Positions 41,645-54,419 of a DNA stretch of 64,000 nt are shown piece by piece. Position 1 is the stretch's first letter, and each line of letters begins with the position of its first letter. The stretch comes from Paragordius varius (lineage: Eukaryota > Animalia > Nematomorpha). The stretch lies in contig OZ176056.1 of the NCBI GenBank assembly GCA_964247055.1, positions 4,836,001-4,900,000 on the forward strand. The letters run 5' to 3'. A program made the position numbers and the translations under genes. Below the pieces are notes generated by a model. It saw nothing but the letters and a program-made list of their open reading frames with translations. It did not search any database and was not told the origin of the DNA.

Positions 41645-43487
41645 TTATTCTTTGGTATATTTTTTTGAGTGAATGCGTTTTAGCAGATTGTCATCATTTT
41701 TTAAAATATTGTAGAAGTCTTCACAAGAATTTGTCAAATTATATTTGACAGATAAAACGGCCTTTAAAGTTTCAACATTTAAATTTGATTTTTCCGATGT
41801 CCACACCTGATTTACTGTGGAAAAAACGCGCTCAGTAGCAGCGTTGGTTCCAGGTAAAGATAGTGGGAATCCCACAATTTTTAAAATATTATTGTTTGAA
41901 ATATAGTTGGCTTCAAAATGATGAAATATTTCCAACCATTTCTTTTCTACTGTATATTTTCTTTTGTCCATAATTTAAGTTTTTCATTATTAATATATCT
42001 TTTAACTAATGATACTTCAGAAAATCATTTTCTGAAAGATTACTTTTTGATAATTTTTGGGAGCAGATATAATCAAATGATTTTTGAACATCGCACCAAT
42101 TAAATTCTGATTTTAATGTTATCCAATGAAAATGATCAATTTTATTGAATTACGTCGTCCAGTCTTCCAAATAATCTTTACAGTTTGTATAAAACATTTT
42201 TATATGGTACAGGATATCTTGGCGATTTATTAAGCCTTGTTTTTCTAAATTATTTATTATATTGCGGATGGTTAATGGTATAAAATTATTTTCTAACCGT
42301 TCTTGACATTGGAATTTTAGGTTACTAACTTCATTGGCTCCTTCTATTGCCGAAATTTTGTCACCTTCTATAAATTAAATAACATTTTGAAAGAGAGAAG
42401 CTTGATTATGTAAGAATTCTAACCATATTTTTGAACAATCACTTTAAAAAAACTTTTTTAAAGTTGTAGGATATTTGTCCTGTGATAATAAAAAAGATTT
42501 TAAAGGATCATACATTTTTAAAATTCTTTTGATAGCTGGCATAAAAGCTAACCAACGAGTTTTACAATATCCAAGCATTTTTTGATATTGAACTTCTGCA
42601 TTTTCACAGAATTCTTTAAGCGTTTCAACACGTACCGTGTATATATAAAAATAGGAATATATTTTAACAACTACATTTTCCACATCTAGGGGTAAAAAAT
42701 CAGCAGATGTTTGAATAGCGTTGTGTATTATATGCGCTGCACACCCAAAGCCAATAATGTTTTGATTAAGATTATCTGTTAATTTATGAAAAATATTTTT
42801 TTGTTCCTCTCCTTGCTTTTCCACCAAAGTTCATATTGGTGTTGTCAGCGCAATATACGATAATTTTGTATTTTAAATTATTTTTTTGCATTATTTCGGA
42901 ATTTTCACCGGGTAGGGAAATTAAATCTAAAATTTTAATTTTTACTCCGGTTTCTGAATCACAATATCTCATCAAAGTGGGAAATAATTTTGTTTCATGG
43001 TGATTTGATGCATCAGAGTATAGCGATATGGAATTAATTTTCAGCAAATCTTTTTGTATTTCAGAAAATACATGTGGCGAAAGGACATTGCACACAATGG
43101 CTTCAGCCTTTGTACGGGCACATGTAAATTTTTTATGGAATAACGGGCGAAGAACCTGTGAGGTACAGTCCATAGATCTAAAGGAATGATTGTGATTAAC
43201 GGCGTGAAAAGATAACACGCTCTCAGCTAGTGCCAAATTCTTTTCTTCCTCTCCAAAAGCGGTTTTTCAAAAAAATCGCTCATTTTGTAAGATGATGCCG
43301 CCATATCTAAACATTTTTTATGTTTCTGTGTTTCCATATGCTTTGTAATATGCTTGCCGCCATGTGCTAGGGTGAATTCTCCCTCGCATATAAGACATTT
43401 AACAAATGATTCATTCTTTGTTTTTTTAATAAAAGGAAAATCCTTCATTAATTCATCGTTGAATTTACAACCTCTTTTTGTGCTCAT
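41645..43487 (-). pseudogene. hAT transposase, frameshifted (ORF pieces 43227-43487, 42784-43236, 42444-42827, 41645-41971)
   Basis: BED-type finger (CLICEGEF..H...H), catalytic D (SLYSDASN), CxxH (GCAAHIIHN), TRWLA, and the catalytic E/dimerisation motif LPGTNAATERVFS. Confidence 0.9.
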
Positions 43488-43500
43488 ATTTATAAACTAC

Positions 43501-43765
43501 TATTAGTATAATAAATATTATATTACCTTAATTTTCTGTGATAAACGTGTAAGGTACCGATTTGTGGTATCAATTTGTCTTTTAAGCTAACGATTTGTGG
43601 TATTAATTTGGTTTTTAAATAATGTTGGCAAGTAATAAAACTAAAATATTAGTATAATAAATATTATATTACCTTAATTTTGTGAAATTAACGTGTAAGG
43701 TACCGATTTGTGGTATCAATTTGTCTTTTAATCTAGAGATTTGTGGTATTAACTTGGCTTTTTGA
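43501..43765. repeat. Imperfect tandem duplication (unit about 146 bp) upstream of the H transposase start
   Basis: TATTAGTATAATAAATATTATATTACCTTAATTTT..ACGTGTAAGGTACCGATTTGTGGTATCAATTTGTC occurs twice. Confidence 0.85.
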
Positions 43766-44483
43766 TAAGGACAGTAGTAGTAGGAAGTATAGTGTATAAT
43801 CACATGATATAAATTCGAAAAAAATAAATATTTTTAATTTAAAATAAAAAATTTTAATTTAAAATTGAATAGATTTTAAAGATATTTAATGATAAAAAAT
43901 TTAAACGGACAAAAAAAATTTATTTGTATTAAAAAATTTTTTTTTTATATAATCGTGAAAAAGCGGGACATTTTAAAACGTAGCAGGAAGCGGGACAAAG
44001 TGTGAAAAAGCGGGACGTCTGGTCACCTTATGGATATCCCTTAGTGTGGATAAAACTCTAGAGCAATTGAGACTTGAACCTTTCGCCAAAAAAAATGTAA
44101 ACGCAAAAATGGCGAGGGGCGATGGAAATTTTAAATATGTGCTAATTTTTTATATCAAAAATGAAAAAATGGATATTTTATTCAAAAATTTAATATATAA
44201 AAAAATTTTGTTAAAGCATATTATTATCGGGATTTTAGACATTTTTTCCATATAACTTGATGTTGAAAATTCAATCACCTCAGAATTTCAATTAATTTTT
44301 ATTCGTCTCCAAATAGATGTTAATAAATTGTGATTTTAACAAATAAAAAATTGAAACAAACGAGAATGTAAAATAAAATTCTTAGTTGAGAATCTTCTGA
44401 ACCATTATTTAGTTAAAGTATTTTTATAGTTTTTTATAATATTTTAATAATGTCTTGTGGTATTTTTATATAGTTTTTATTAA

Positions 44484-45320
44484 CTCTTCGATTCAAATTA
44501 GGCTATCTAAATACTGAACACAGTTAAGCTGATATTTCTCAAAAACTATAAGGAACGGTTCAAATTTAAATTTATTCTATCATTAAAAAAAACTATATAA
44601 ATAAGCCAAAATATCTAAATTTAGTTTTGGAAAAATAGTTTCGTATCAAACTACTTAAACGCCATTTTTACTTTTATCTTTGCAAATATCGTGTTTATTT
44701 GATTCTAAGCCTAAAATTTAGTTACTTTTTTATGAAAATCACATTTAACACTTTGATTCTAATTGGGTTAATATCCCAGACTATATTTAAATAAAGATTT
44801 ATAAAAAACTACAGAATGAAACTGTCCAATTTTAAATTTATGCCTCTATCCTAATAAAAATATATAATAAAGCTAAAATATTTTGATAAAATTTCGTTTT
44901 GAAAAAAAAGTTCCATGTCAAACTACTTCGACGCCGTTTTTATTTTACAAAATTTTTGCACAATATCGTCTTCATTTAATTTTAAGGGAAAAATTAAAGC
45001 TAAATTTTTATTTAAATTACATCTAACATTGATAGAAATAGGAAAAGCGGTTTATTTTGTAATATCCTTTAATTTTACCATTTCACACATGTCACGTTGA
45101 CTAAATTTTTACCTTTCGGTTTAAGCTTAAAATAAGTAATATCACGTATTTTTGAATAAAATTTTATATATGGGTTTATTAATGTTATATAAGTGCCAAA
45201 ATTTACCATGGTTTTGATTCCTTCCATATTTTTTACAGAATTTAATTTTAAACTGGCCTAGGGTATCCAACTACCCCAATTTGCATCAAAGGACTGAAAT
45301 GGATGTGTTGTATTCAAGTG
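44484..45320. mobile_element. C3: inverted copy of piggyBac-like MITE C
   Basis: TTAA|CTCTTCGATTCAAAT ... GTGTTGTATTCAAGTG|TCAA. Confidence 0.7.
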
Positions 45321-46202
45321 TCAACATTGATATAATAAGAAAAGGTGGTATATTTTGCTTTATTTTTATATTTAGCTTATGGACACATCTGATGTTGGGT
45401 AAATTTTTACCTTAGGGTTTTACCTAAAAGTAATATCAAGTATTTTTAAAGAAATTCTTAATTATATTTAGGTTTATTAATTTTAAAGTGCAAACTTTTG
45501 CCATGGTTTCATTTTATCCCATATTTTTTGATATATACCAGTTTCATGCAAAAACATCATTTTTTCAACCAAACGCACCATTTTTTCAAGCAAACGCAAC
45601 AATTTCTCAAGAAAAGGCAATAATTTTTCAAGAATGAAACATTTTTTCAAGCTAAGACAACATTTTTTAAGCAAACGCAACATTCTTTCAAGCAAACGCA
45701 ACATTTTTTCGACCAAAGACAACATTTTTTCAAGCAAAAACAACACTGTTTTTAATATTAAAAAAAATTACTATGACAATTTAATTATAAATAATTTATT
45801 AAATTTTAAGTTAATGTAAATTATTTTTAGCGTTGAATTATGATTTTTATCGTTTTATCATTAATATTTGATGGTAAATTAATTGATTTTCAAACGTTTT
45901 GATTTTGCCCATAAATTGCCTTATTTTATATTAATTATATTTTTCTTTTACAACTTTAGTTTTGCCTATAATCAATTTGTATAATTTGCACTTCAAGAGT
46001 GTCTTTGAAAGTTCAAAGTTGTCCTTCACTTAAAGTTGGTCTTCATTTTTTGCAGTTTCCATACAACCGTTATTTTTGTATGTAATTTTTTTTATTAACC
46101 TAATATCTTTATTAGAGTTTCATTCAAAATAATATTTTAATAAAAACAACTTTAAAACTAATTACAATCAATAACCCACAAAACTTAAATATTAAATATA
46201 TA

Positions 46203-48760
46203 CCATTTCCCAGTCTAAATAAACGTTTTCCCAGTCAATCGAAACATTTTCCCAGTCAATCGAAACGTTTTCCCAGTCAATTGAAACATTTTCCCAGTCA
46301 ATCGAAACGTTTTCCCAATTATTCGAAACGTTTTCCCAGTCAATCGAAACGTTTTCCCAGTCAATCGAAACGTTTTCCCAGTCAATAAAAACAGTTTCCC
46401 AGTCAATCAAAACGTTTTCCCAGTCAATCGAAACGTTTTCTCAGTCAATCGAAACGTTTTCCCAGTCAATAAAAACGGTTTTATTTTTGATGATAAATTG
46501 CAAAACAAGATTAAAAATAACTTTTAACCATTATCAGCGTAATTTTAGGATAATATTTTGCAAAAAAACATAATTATTGAATGACAATTTTTCCCATATA
46601 TTCCACTACATAATCTTTAATGACTTATTTTTAAAAAGTTGAACTATACTGTACAAATATACCTGAATAAATCAATCATTGTTTGATTAGAGACAAATTG
46701 AGATAATATATTAAAAAATGATTTTCATTTATTGTATATGTTATAAAAAGATCACATATAAGGTAAACCGGCTGCCGCCTTTACCATATTTGTCATTATC
46801 TTTTCAAAATAATTTCTGCTATCCTCCGATGTTATGGAGCCCGCTGCCAATTTTATCAGATTCACTAATTCCACATTCGCATTCATATTATTTAATATAA
46901 TATTTTGTCGGACAAAATTTTTCACATTTCGATTGGGTTCAACATATAACTGTACGGGAAAAAAAAACAATTTTGTATTTGTATAAATCGGCTCTACCTT
47001 TTAATTCATTTTTTTATGAATCCGTGCATTGTCCATAATAAAATGATATTGAATATCGTCCCGCTTTAAATATTCACAAAGTCCATCAAAAAAACTTGTA
47101 AAGCGTTGGGAATTGACTGTTCTTTGGCTTTCTATTTCGTAATAAACCATACCTCTTAATGACAGAACTCCAATAAAAGTGATGTTTCTGCCTTTCACGC
47201 TAGGCACCACAATATTGGCTCTCGTGCCACTTTTGGATCGACCTTGGCTTCTCTTAATATGATTATTATAACCGCATTCATCCAAATAAATAATAATTGT
47301 TAAGTCATCGGAGAAAGATTGTGAAAACCATATTGCGTATTTTTTCCTTAAATCTATTGTTTGAGGATCATTGACTTTTTCATTAAGATGATGGGCTAAC
47401 TTCAAAGTTATTTTTAAAGATTTGATTACTCGGTCTAGAGGATTTAGATAATTTTATTTTTTTTTCATCTTCCAAATTTTTTTTTAACTGGTTAATTGTT
47501 AATGACGGCTGTTAGTTTATTATCTATGAAATGCATAATATCTTCCGTAATTTTTTTGTTTTTAGTGCCTCCACTTAGAATTTCTGAACTATTGTTTTTT
47601 TATATTTATACATAATTTGACGAACTGTATTATAGTTTATATCTAAATCCTTTGATACATCCACAGTCCATTCTCCATCAAAAAAAACTCGTTTTCCTAA
47701 TCGTTTTCTATCTTGTTGAGATATAACTAATTTTTTTTGATTCCTGTTTCTGACATTACTAAAATATTACTAAATAAAATGAACTTTATGTGATAATTTG
47801 ATGTATGCAAAATAATCAACGTAAGGTTTTTATCCAATAAATTAAAAGCAGACGAGAAAATAATGGTATAATATTTTTAATTATTGCACACCAGATAGTC
47901 ACAGAAAAGGTTAACGTTATCTAAAGTTTAATCGCTGCATTGTATATAGGTAATCAGATTATATACCATTTGTGTTTCATTTAGCCCTTAAACATTAAAA
48001 TTTCATACTTAAACATCTCTAATTAACATAAACTCGTACCATAATATTATGTATTTGTATTTTATCCAATATATTTTTTCATTAAAATCAACTTTTTCAT
48101 CGTAAAATTATTTTTTAAAACAGTTTGATCAAGGACAAAGTTGAAGGTTCCCTTTTTGATTGTAAAGAGTTGAAAATACAATTAAATTTTATAATTCAAT
48201 CCGAAACTTTGGATATTTTAGGTTAGCCCCGAATATTAATGCGAATGATTGATAAAATAAATAAATTATTAATTTTCTTAAAAAAATCTCTAAAACCATC
48301 AAATACTCATCCAGCAAATAAAATATAGCTTTCAAAGATAAGTTAAAGATTGTGCATTGGAATATAATTGGAAAAATGTCATTCAATAATTGTCTTTTAA
48401 TGAAAATAATATTCTAATATTACGCTGATAATGGTTTGAAGTTATTTTTATATCTTGTTTTGCTATTTATCATCAAAAATAAAACTGTTTTTAATGACTG
48501 GGAAAACGTTTCGATTGACTGAGAAAACGTTTCGATTGACTGGGAAAACGTTTCGATTGACTGGGATACCGTTTTTATTGACTGGGAAAACGTTTCGATT
48601 GACTGGGAAAACGTTTTGATTGATTGGGAAAACGTTTCGATTGATTGGGAAAATGTTTCGATTGACTGGGAAAACGTTTCGATTGACTGGGAAAACGTTT
48701 CGATTGACTGGGAAAATGTTTCGATTGACTGGGAAAACGTTTATTTAGACTGGGAAATGG
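46203..48760 (-). mobile_element. E6: formerly autonomous member of family E (long TIRs plus transposase)
   Basis: The same TATA|CCATTTCCCAGTC termini and 21-bp arrays as E1-E5 enclose a DDE transposase. Confidence 0.9.
46752..47756 (-). pseudogene. IS630-Tc1-mariner DD34E transposase (Gambol/IS630-like), frameshifted
   Basis: ATG at 47756 and an HTH-like N-terminus, then YLDECGYN, KGRNITFIGVLS, FIMDNARIHK and PYSYMLNPIE. Restoring two 1-nt deletions gives 34 residues between the second D and the E. Confidence 0.88.
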
Positions 48761-48767
48761 TATAGTT

Positions 48768-50611
48768 CAGTGATACTCAAACCGCGGCCCGCGGGCCGCA
48801 TGCGGCCCTAAGAGTGCTTTAAAATTGCCCTATGACCATATTGAGACTTAAATTATTTTTTTATTGATGTACACATAACCAAATTTTCGCTTATTTTAAT
48901 ATTAATTTTTTTTTCTTTAAAATTAATTTTGTTTTATTTTTACCCAATTTGAAATGTAGAAAAATTTCGCTACATTAAAATGATTTCAAAATTTTAGCAT
49001 ACGTTGTTTCTCTGTATTCTATTTTCTTTTCTACTTTGAAATTTTTATTCCATTCCTTTTTGTATTTAAGCAAGCCTTTCACCCAAACTTCCATATACAT
49101 ATTCTTTTCATTCCTATCCTGCATCAATTTTAATAACTTATGTCCATAAAATATTTTTCATATCAAGATCATTTAATTTCGACCTGTTTTTTTATAGCAT
49201 AATTCAAATTATATTCTTATTTTTTTGAGAAAAATTACATAATATTTGAAACATAAATTCAAAGGATGACATCTAATGGTAAAAAACGTAAATTATCCGA
49301 TGAAAATCGTTCCTTTATAAAAGAATGGGAAAAAAATTTTTTTGTCGTTTTAAATAAAATGTTGTTACCTGCCCCATATGTAAGGACAACATAATCAACG
49401 AGGAATATTTAAATTTTTTACCAATGAAGAACACACGAAAGAAATCGATTTTCTCGAAATAAATAGAACTTTTTACGATAATAATGGTAATCTATAAAAT
49501 TGGTTTCGATCTGCACAGATGGCTGTCCCTCTATGATTGGAATAAACAAAGAATTTATTCGTCTTTGAAAAAACAAAATAATTTGCAAAATATTTTATAT
49601 TTTCCCTGCTTTATTCATCAGCAAAACCTCGTTTCGCATGTAAAAGATGAATCACCCAATTCAACTAAAACTTAGTGGATATAGTTAACCACATCCGTGG
49701 CAGAGAATTTAACCTCCGTTTAAAACACCTTCTGAATATTAGCCTGTCTTTGCGACATTACTAAAATACAAGTCTTCAAGGGAGCAATAATAATCCAATT
49801 TGCTATTTAAATATTTGTTTTTGAAAAAAAATTAATAATATATAAACAAGATTATATAAAGACACTCCCATATTTTCCAACACTTAAAACGATTCATGAA
49901 GAAAATATGGAATATACTGCGGAGATTAATTTAATAACAGACAATCATTTAACATTTCTATTTAATGAGTTCAAATTTCGAGAAAGAAATATTTAAAAAT
50001 TTCTTATAAGTCGTTGTCATGGTATATGGATATATCCAATAGTAAGCAACTTGAACATTTCGGTTTTGATCAGGCGCATATCATAGAATTCATAGATTTT
50101 AAAAATTATTCTAATTCGGAGTCAATATTTAAGGAAATCGTAGCGAAGAAAGATGTGGGTTTTGGCAAGATGTGCCAAATAAATATGAAAATATAAAAAA
50201 TGTGCTCATGTTGTCTTAACTGTTTTTCCCTCAACTTACACGTGTGAGACGGCATATTCAAAAATGCAATATGTCAAGAATACATACATAAATCGCTTAA
50301 CCGAATCAAATGGACGACATGTTAAGATTGGCTTGTCATGAGGCGAAACCGAATTTGTCAAAAATTATTGGTTAATATCAAAATAAATATTATCAAAATA
50401 TTTAAATTTTTTTAAACTAAATGGTGCAAAACGCGTTTTTAGCTGGATTTACATGCGATCCGCAAAAAATTCATTGTGCTGATTTAGAGTTAAATATGTG
50501 CTTGCATATGTGTCAAATAGCTATGGAATATTTGCCATATTCAGGTTCATGGCCCTCGAAAAAAAAATATATTTTATTTGGCCCGTCAAATTTTTTTGGT
50601 GAGTACCACTG
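48768..50611 (+). mobile_element. hAT (Buster/Charlie, GTF2IRD2-like) transposon G with decayed transposase and 8-bp TSD
   Basis: CAGTGATACTCAAACCGCGGCCCGCGGGCCG ... GAGTACCACTG with TSD GTATAGTT (nnnTAnnn) at 48760-48767 and 50612-50619. Peptide remnants: MTSNGKKRKLSDENRSFIKEWE, CFIHQQNL and FPSTYTCETAYSKM. Confidence 0.9.
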
Positions 50612-51563
50612 GTATAGTTAAAAATAATTTATAAAAATAATAAGGATATACGGTTCTTATGAAAAAAAAGTTACTATTCATTTAAAAGTTTAAGTTAATA
50701 AAGAGAATAGGTTAAAAATGATAGGATAAATATATTTTATTACTTCATTAATAAAAGGTAGAATCAAAAAAATATTGAAGGACCAACTTGAAGTGTTCAT
50801 TGACCAACTTTAAATTTTTAAAGACACTCTTGAAGCGCAAATCGAATAGATATTAGGTGAAACTAAAGTTGTAAAAGAAAAATATAATTGATATAAAATA
50901 ACGCAATTTATGGGCAAAATCAAAATGTTTGAAAATCAATTAATTTACCATCAAATATTGATGATAAAACGATAAAAATCATAAATCAACGCTAAAAATA
51001 AATTACATTAACTTAAAATTTAATAAATAATTTATAATTAAATATTCATACAATAAAGAGTAATTTTTTGTAATTTTAAAAACAGTGTTGTTTTTGCTTG
51101 AAAAAATGTTGCGTTTGCTTAAAAAAATGTTGTCTTTGCTTGAAAAAATGTTGCCTTTGCTTGAAAAATTGTTGCGTTTGCTTAAAAAAATGGTGCCTTT
51201 GGTTGAAAAAATGATGTTTTTGCTCAAATATGATATATTTAATTTTGACCACGCCTGGGGTATCCAACTACCCCAATTTAATTCGAAGGACTGAAACGAA
51301 TGTGTTGCATATAGAGTGTTAAGCCTGAAATTTGTAAGACGCATTGTTTTAACAAAATTTTGATATAAATTTGCATTAAATCCACTTTTTTCGTTAAAAA
51401 TTTTTTTTATGTCAAAATTTAATTATATTTAAAGTTTTTATTGCAGAATCTCATATCAGATAAATTATATTTAGAAAGCATTTTTAATTTATTTTTGATA
51501 TGGGTTAAAGAATTTAAAATAGGACCCCTTTTAAATGGGTAAAATAAAAATTGCGGTAAATAA

Positions 51564-52690
51564 CATTAGTCAATTTGGACATTTTTGAGCACCACCACTC
51601 AAACCTTTAAATTATGACTAATTTCAGTGTTTTAAAACCGAATGTGAAAAAATTTTTGACCCCGCCAATCAGAATTTTGAAATATTATAGGTTTTTCAAT
51701 TTTTCAAAAACAAAAGAAAATCGAGAGAAAATTAAATATAACTTTATAATAAAATGTTATTATATTATAAACTTAATATCATTTTATAAAGCCTTTTAAA
51801 CTCTATCTTTTGAATATAAATATGTCATTTAAATATCAGAGAGAAAAAAATAGTACAGACTTAAACTCAAAATTTAGTCTTTTTCTTTCAAGTGAATTTA
51901 TACGTATAAAAAACTTTTAAAAAAATACTAAAAAAGGCATTCTATGGTTTAAACCTTCGGCTTTTAGATAGGCTATATTTTTTTTGTTAGTTATCGTTCT
52001 TTTGAGTACTTATTAAGCTTTTTTTCTTGAATTGTTCTTATAAAAAATCCTTTATTTATACCTAGTGGAGATACTTTATTTTTTAAAATTATTGGTTGTT
52101 ATGTATTTTTAATTTCAGATGGATGTTGTGTAGCCACTTTTAGTAGAATTTACTATTATGGGATTGGACTATTTGTATTTACCTAATCTTTTTATTCAAT
52201 TTAATTGTAGAATTTATCTAACTTTATTCTGTGAATTGGTTAGATATGTCAATTTGCCTGGATTTTGCTTGCAAGTCTCTCTTATCTGGCTTTACGATTA
52301 CTTATTGTTATCTTTGCCATATCTGGCATAATTGGGTCTCTTGGGGGATATGCAGAGCTTGTGCAGCCGCCCGGATCTATCACTCTATACATAAGCCCCT
52401 TTTAGATTTTTAATACTTTGGCTCTTAGCTTGTTTAGTATCTTATTTAATGCCTAGAATTTTGTTATTCATGCATGGAATATTACTTGTATCGACTTGTT
52501 CGTTTGAATATTTAAACATATGTACACGAGGATTGATTGTTATTTTTAAATTAAATACAAATTTAAAAATTAAATTTAGGAAAAATCCTATTGGTGGCCT
52601 CAATTTTCTTTTTTATTTTAGCCTTTCCATGCCATTAGGTATCAGAAAATGCAAAAATAATGGGGTGATGCAAAACCTTATTGAGCAGTG
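51564..52690. mobile_element. D2: inverted copy of CACTA/G element D with TAA TSD
   Basis: TAA|CATTAGTC ... GAGCAGTG|TAA; colinear with the reverse complement of 17263-18391. Confidence 0.85.
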
Positions 52691-52968
52691 TAATTATATA
52701 TATTTACTCCTCAAATTCACCCTTGAACATTTCATATTCACCTTGATTCTAAAAACTAAATAGTGCTTTTAAAAAAATTACCTATTTTTTAATATTATTA
52801 TAAAATCATAATTTTAATATCGAAATGATAAAGTATGCCATAATGAAATTTCTAATTAATAATAAAATAAATTATCCAAAAATCACATTTTATTTTTAGG
52901 GTAAATTCGATATGTCTGATGGAAAAAGTGTTCAAGGGTGAATGGTGTAAATGGTGTATATGGTAGAT

Positions 52969-53422
52969 CAGGGGTTAATTTTTTAAGGACAAAAAATCTG
53001 AAAAAAAAGAAAACAAAACAAAAACAGTATCTGATAAAATTATGAAATTATAAAATTTATTATTTATTTTCCAAATTATATATTTAGTTTAAAACCATTA
53101 CCTGTTCGGTCAAGGGTAGGACCACCGTTAAAAATTAGATCTTGTAAATTACTTTGAGTTTTTTAAAATAACTTTATCATTCAGATAAAAATATCATAAA
53201 TGAAAACCGTAATATCTAGTTTCAATTTTTTTATTGAAGATAAATTTAACTTCTTCATTTTACTAATGTAGACGAATTCGAATATTGGTAATAAAGAAAA
53301 ATAAAATATATTAGATATATCGTGTTCGTAAATATTAGAATATGATAGGAATTTTTTTATTAATGTTTATTTGTTAAATTGTTCTATGTCACCCGCGAAA
53401 TTAGTTATGTTGGACGCCCCTG
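52969..53422. mobile_element. Old hAT-type MITE
   Basis: CAGGGGT ... TTGGACGCCCCTG; the flanks TGGTAGAT / TGCTAGTT match at 6 of 8 positions with a central TA. Confidence 0.55.
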
Positions 53423-54419
53423 TGCTAGTTTTGAAAAATTCAAAAAAGCACCTTTGTTAAAAATCTTTGTTGACGCATTAAGAATATTTTAAGCATAATG
53501 CAATATTATGTCGTATTGAAAAGGTGATTTTAAAAATTTAAAATTGTTGACCGTTTCTAGGTTTAAAATATAATCAAAAAGGTTAAAGAGAATTTTAAAA
53601 ATGATAAATTTAGCAAAATGTGTATTTTTAAAAAAATATTTCTCCTATTCTACCATACATAAATAAAATTGTTACCTCGCAATCTCTGCATTTTTGCCTT
53701 TGTTTTGCCAAGACTAGCAGATTTTACAAGGGCTGATCTTTATAAACATTACTTTACTTTTTAAAGGTCGTATGATATAATTTTAATAATATTTCTAAAA
53801 TAATTCCTCTAGCGTTGGTTAAAAATTATTTTGCATACTTTGCACGAATATTGCTGTTTTTGATATGGCGCAATTGAATAAAATTTTAATAACTTGAAAG
53901 GGTTAAACTAAAATCCCCATAATTCTAGTATTTTTATTAAAATTACTATTTCATGATGATTATTGCACTCCAAGTATCCGTTAAATATTATAATATATAT
54001 TAATAATTGCATTTAAAAAGCAATGCAACATAGTAATTTAATTAGAATAACCGGTTGCGCGTTATATTTAATATAAATGCTAGATTATGACATAAACAGC
54101 AATAAAATTGATATTATGCTTAAAAATTGGGAATTTTTTTGGCCGAAACATGCATTACTTTCTCAATATAATTCGATTTCCGAACAATATCACCTAATAA
54201 TAAAAACTTTATTTATTCAACATAAGTTTTATAAAAATTGTGTCCAAAAAATTGATTATGTTCGAAGATGAAATATATTTCTGATGCGCATGTAAAAAGG
54301 TGATTTTATATAATCCTAATGTTATGCCGTTCACTTCAAACATAAAATCCGCTTCAACAAAATTATGTATTTAATTCCAGTAATGTATTTTTTCAAAAAT
54401 AACTCATTTGATATCATAA

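Larger units (their letters stand above)
40644..44030 (-). mobile_element. hAT DNA transposon H with 8-bp TSD
   Basis: TIR TAAGGTGACCAGA at both ends, subterminal AAGCGGGACA repeats, and TSD TGGATATC at 40636-40643 and 44031-44038. Confidence 0.93.
45548..51223. mobile_element. Element K: foldback-like long-TIR element with a second type of 21-bp repeat; it hosts L, E6 and G
   Basis: The arms 45548-46045 and 50775-51223 are inverted and start GCAAAAACATCATTTTTTCAACCAAA. Arrays of (CATTTTTTCAAGCAAACGCAA)n. No TSD was found; it splits a C copy. Confidence 0.7.

Noticed and set aside
46212-46470. CRISPR-like regular repeats
   Set aside because: Head-to-tail units with no unique spacers, no cas genes, and a eukaryotic context.
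47760-48330. Possible Fanzor/TnpB cargo in the IS630-like element E6 (and in A)
   Set aside because: No ORF and no RuvC or zinc-finger motifs in the non-transposase interior.
52695-53160. Exon-like bits (NQGEYEMFKGEFEE; MORN-like FKGEW..NG; LIFNGGPTLDRTG)
   Set aside because: The phases do not join, the MORN-like reading needs two frameshifts, and part lies inside a hAT MITE. The shared 15-mer ATTCACCCTTGAACA may be just a short inverted repeat.
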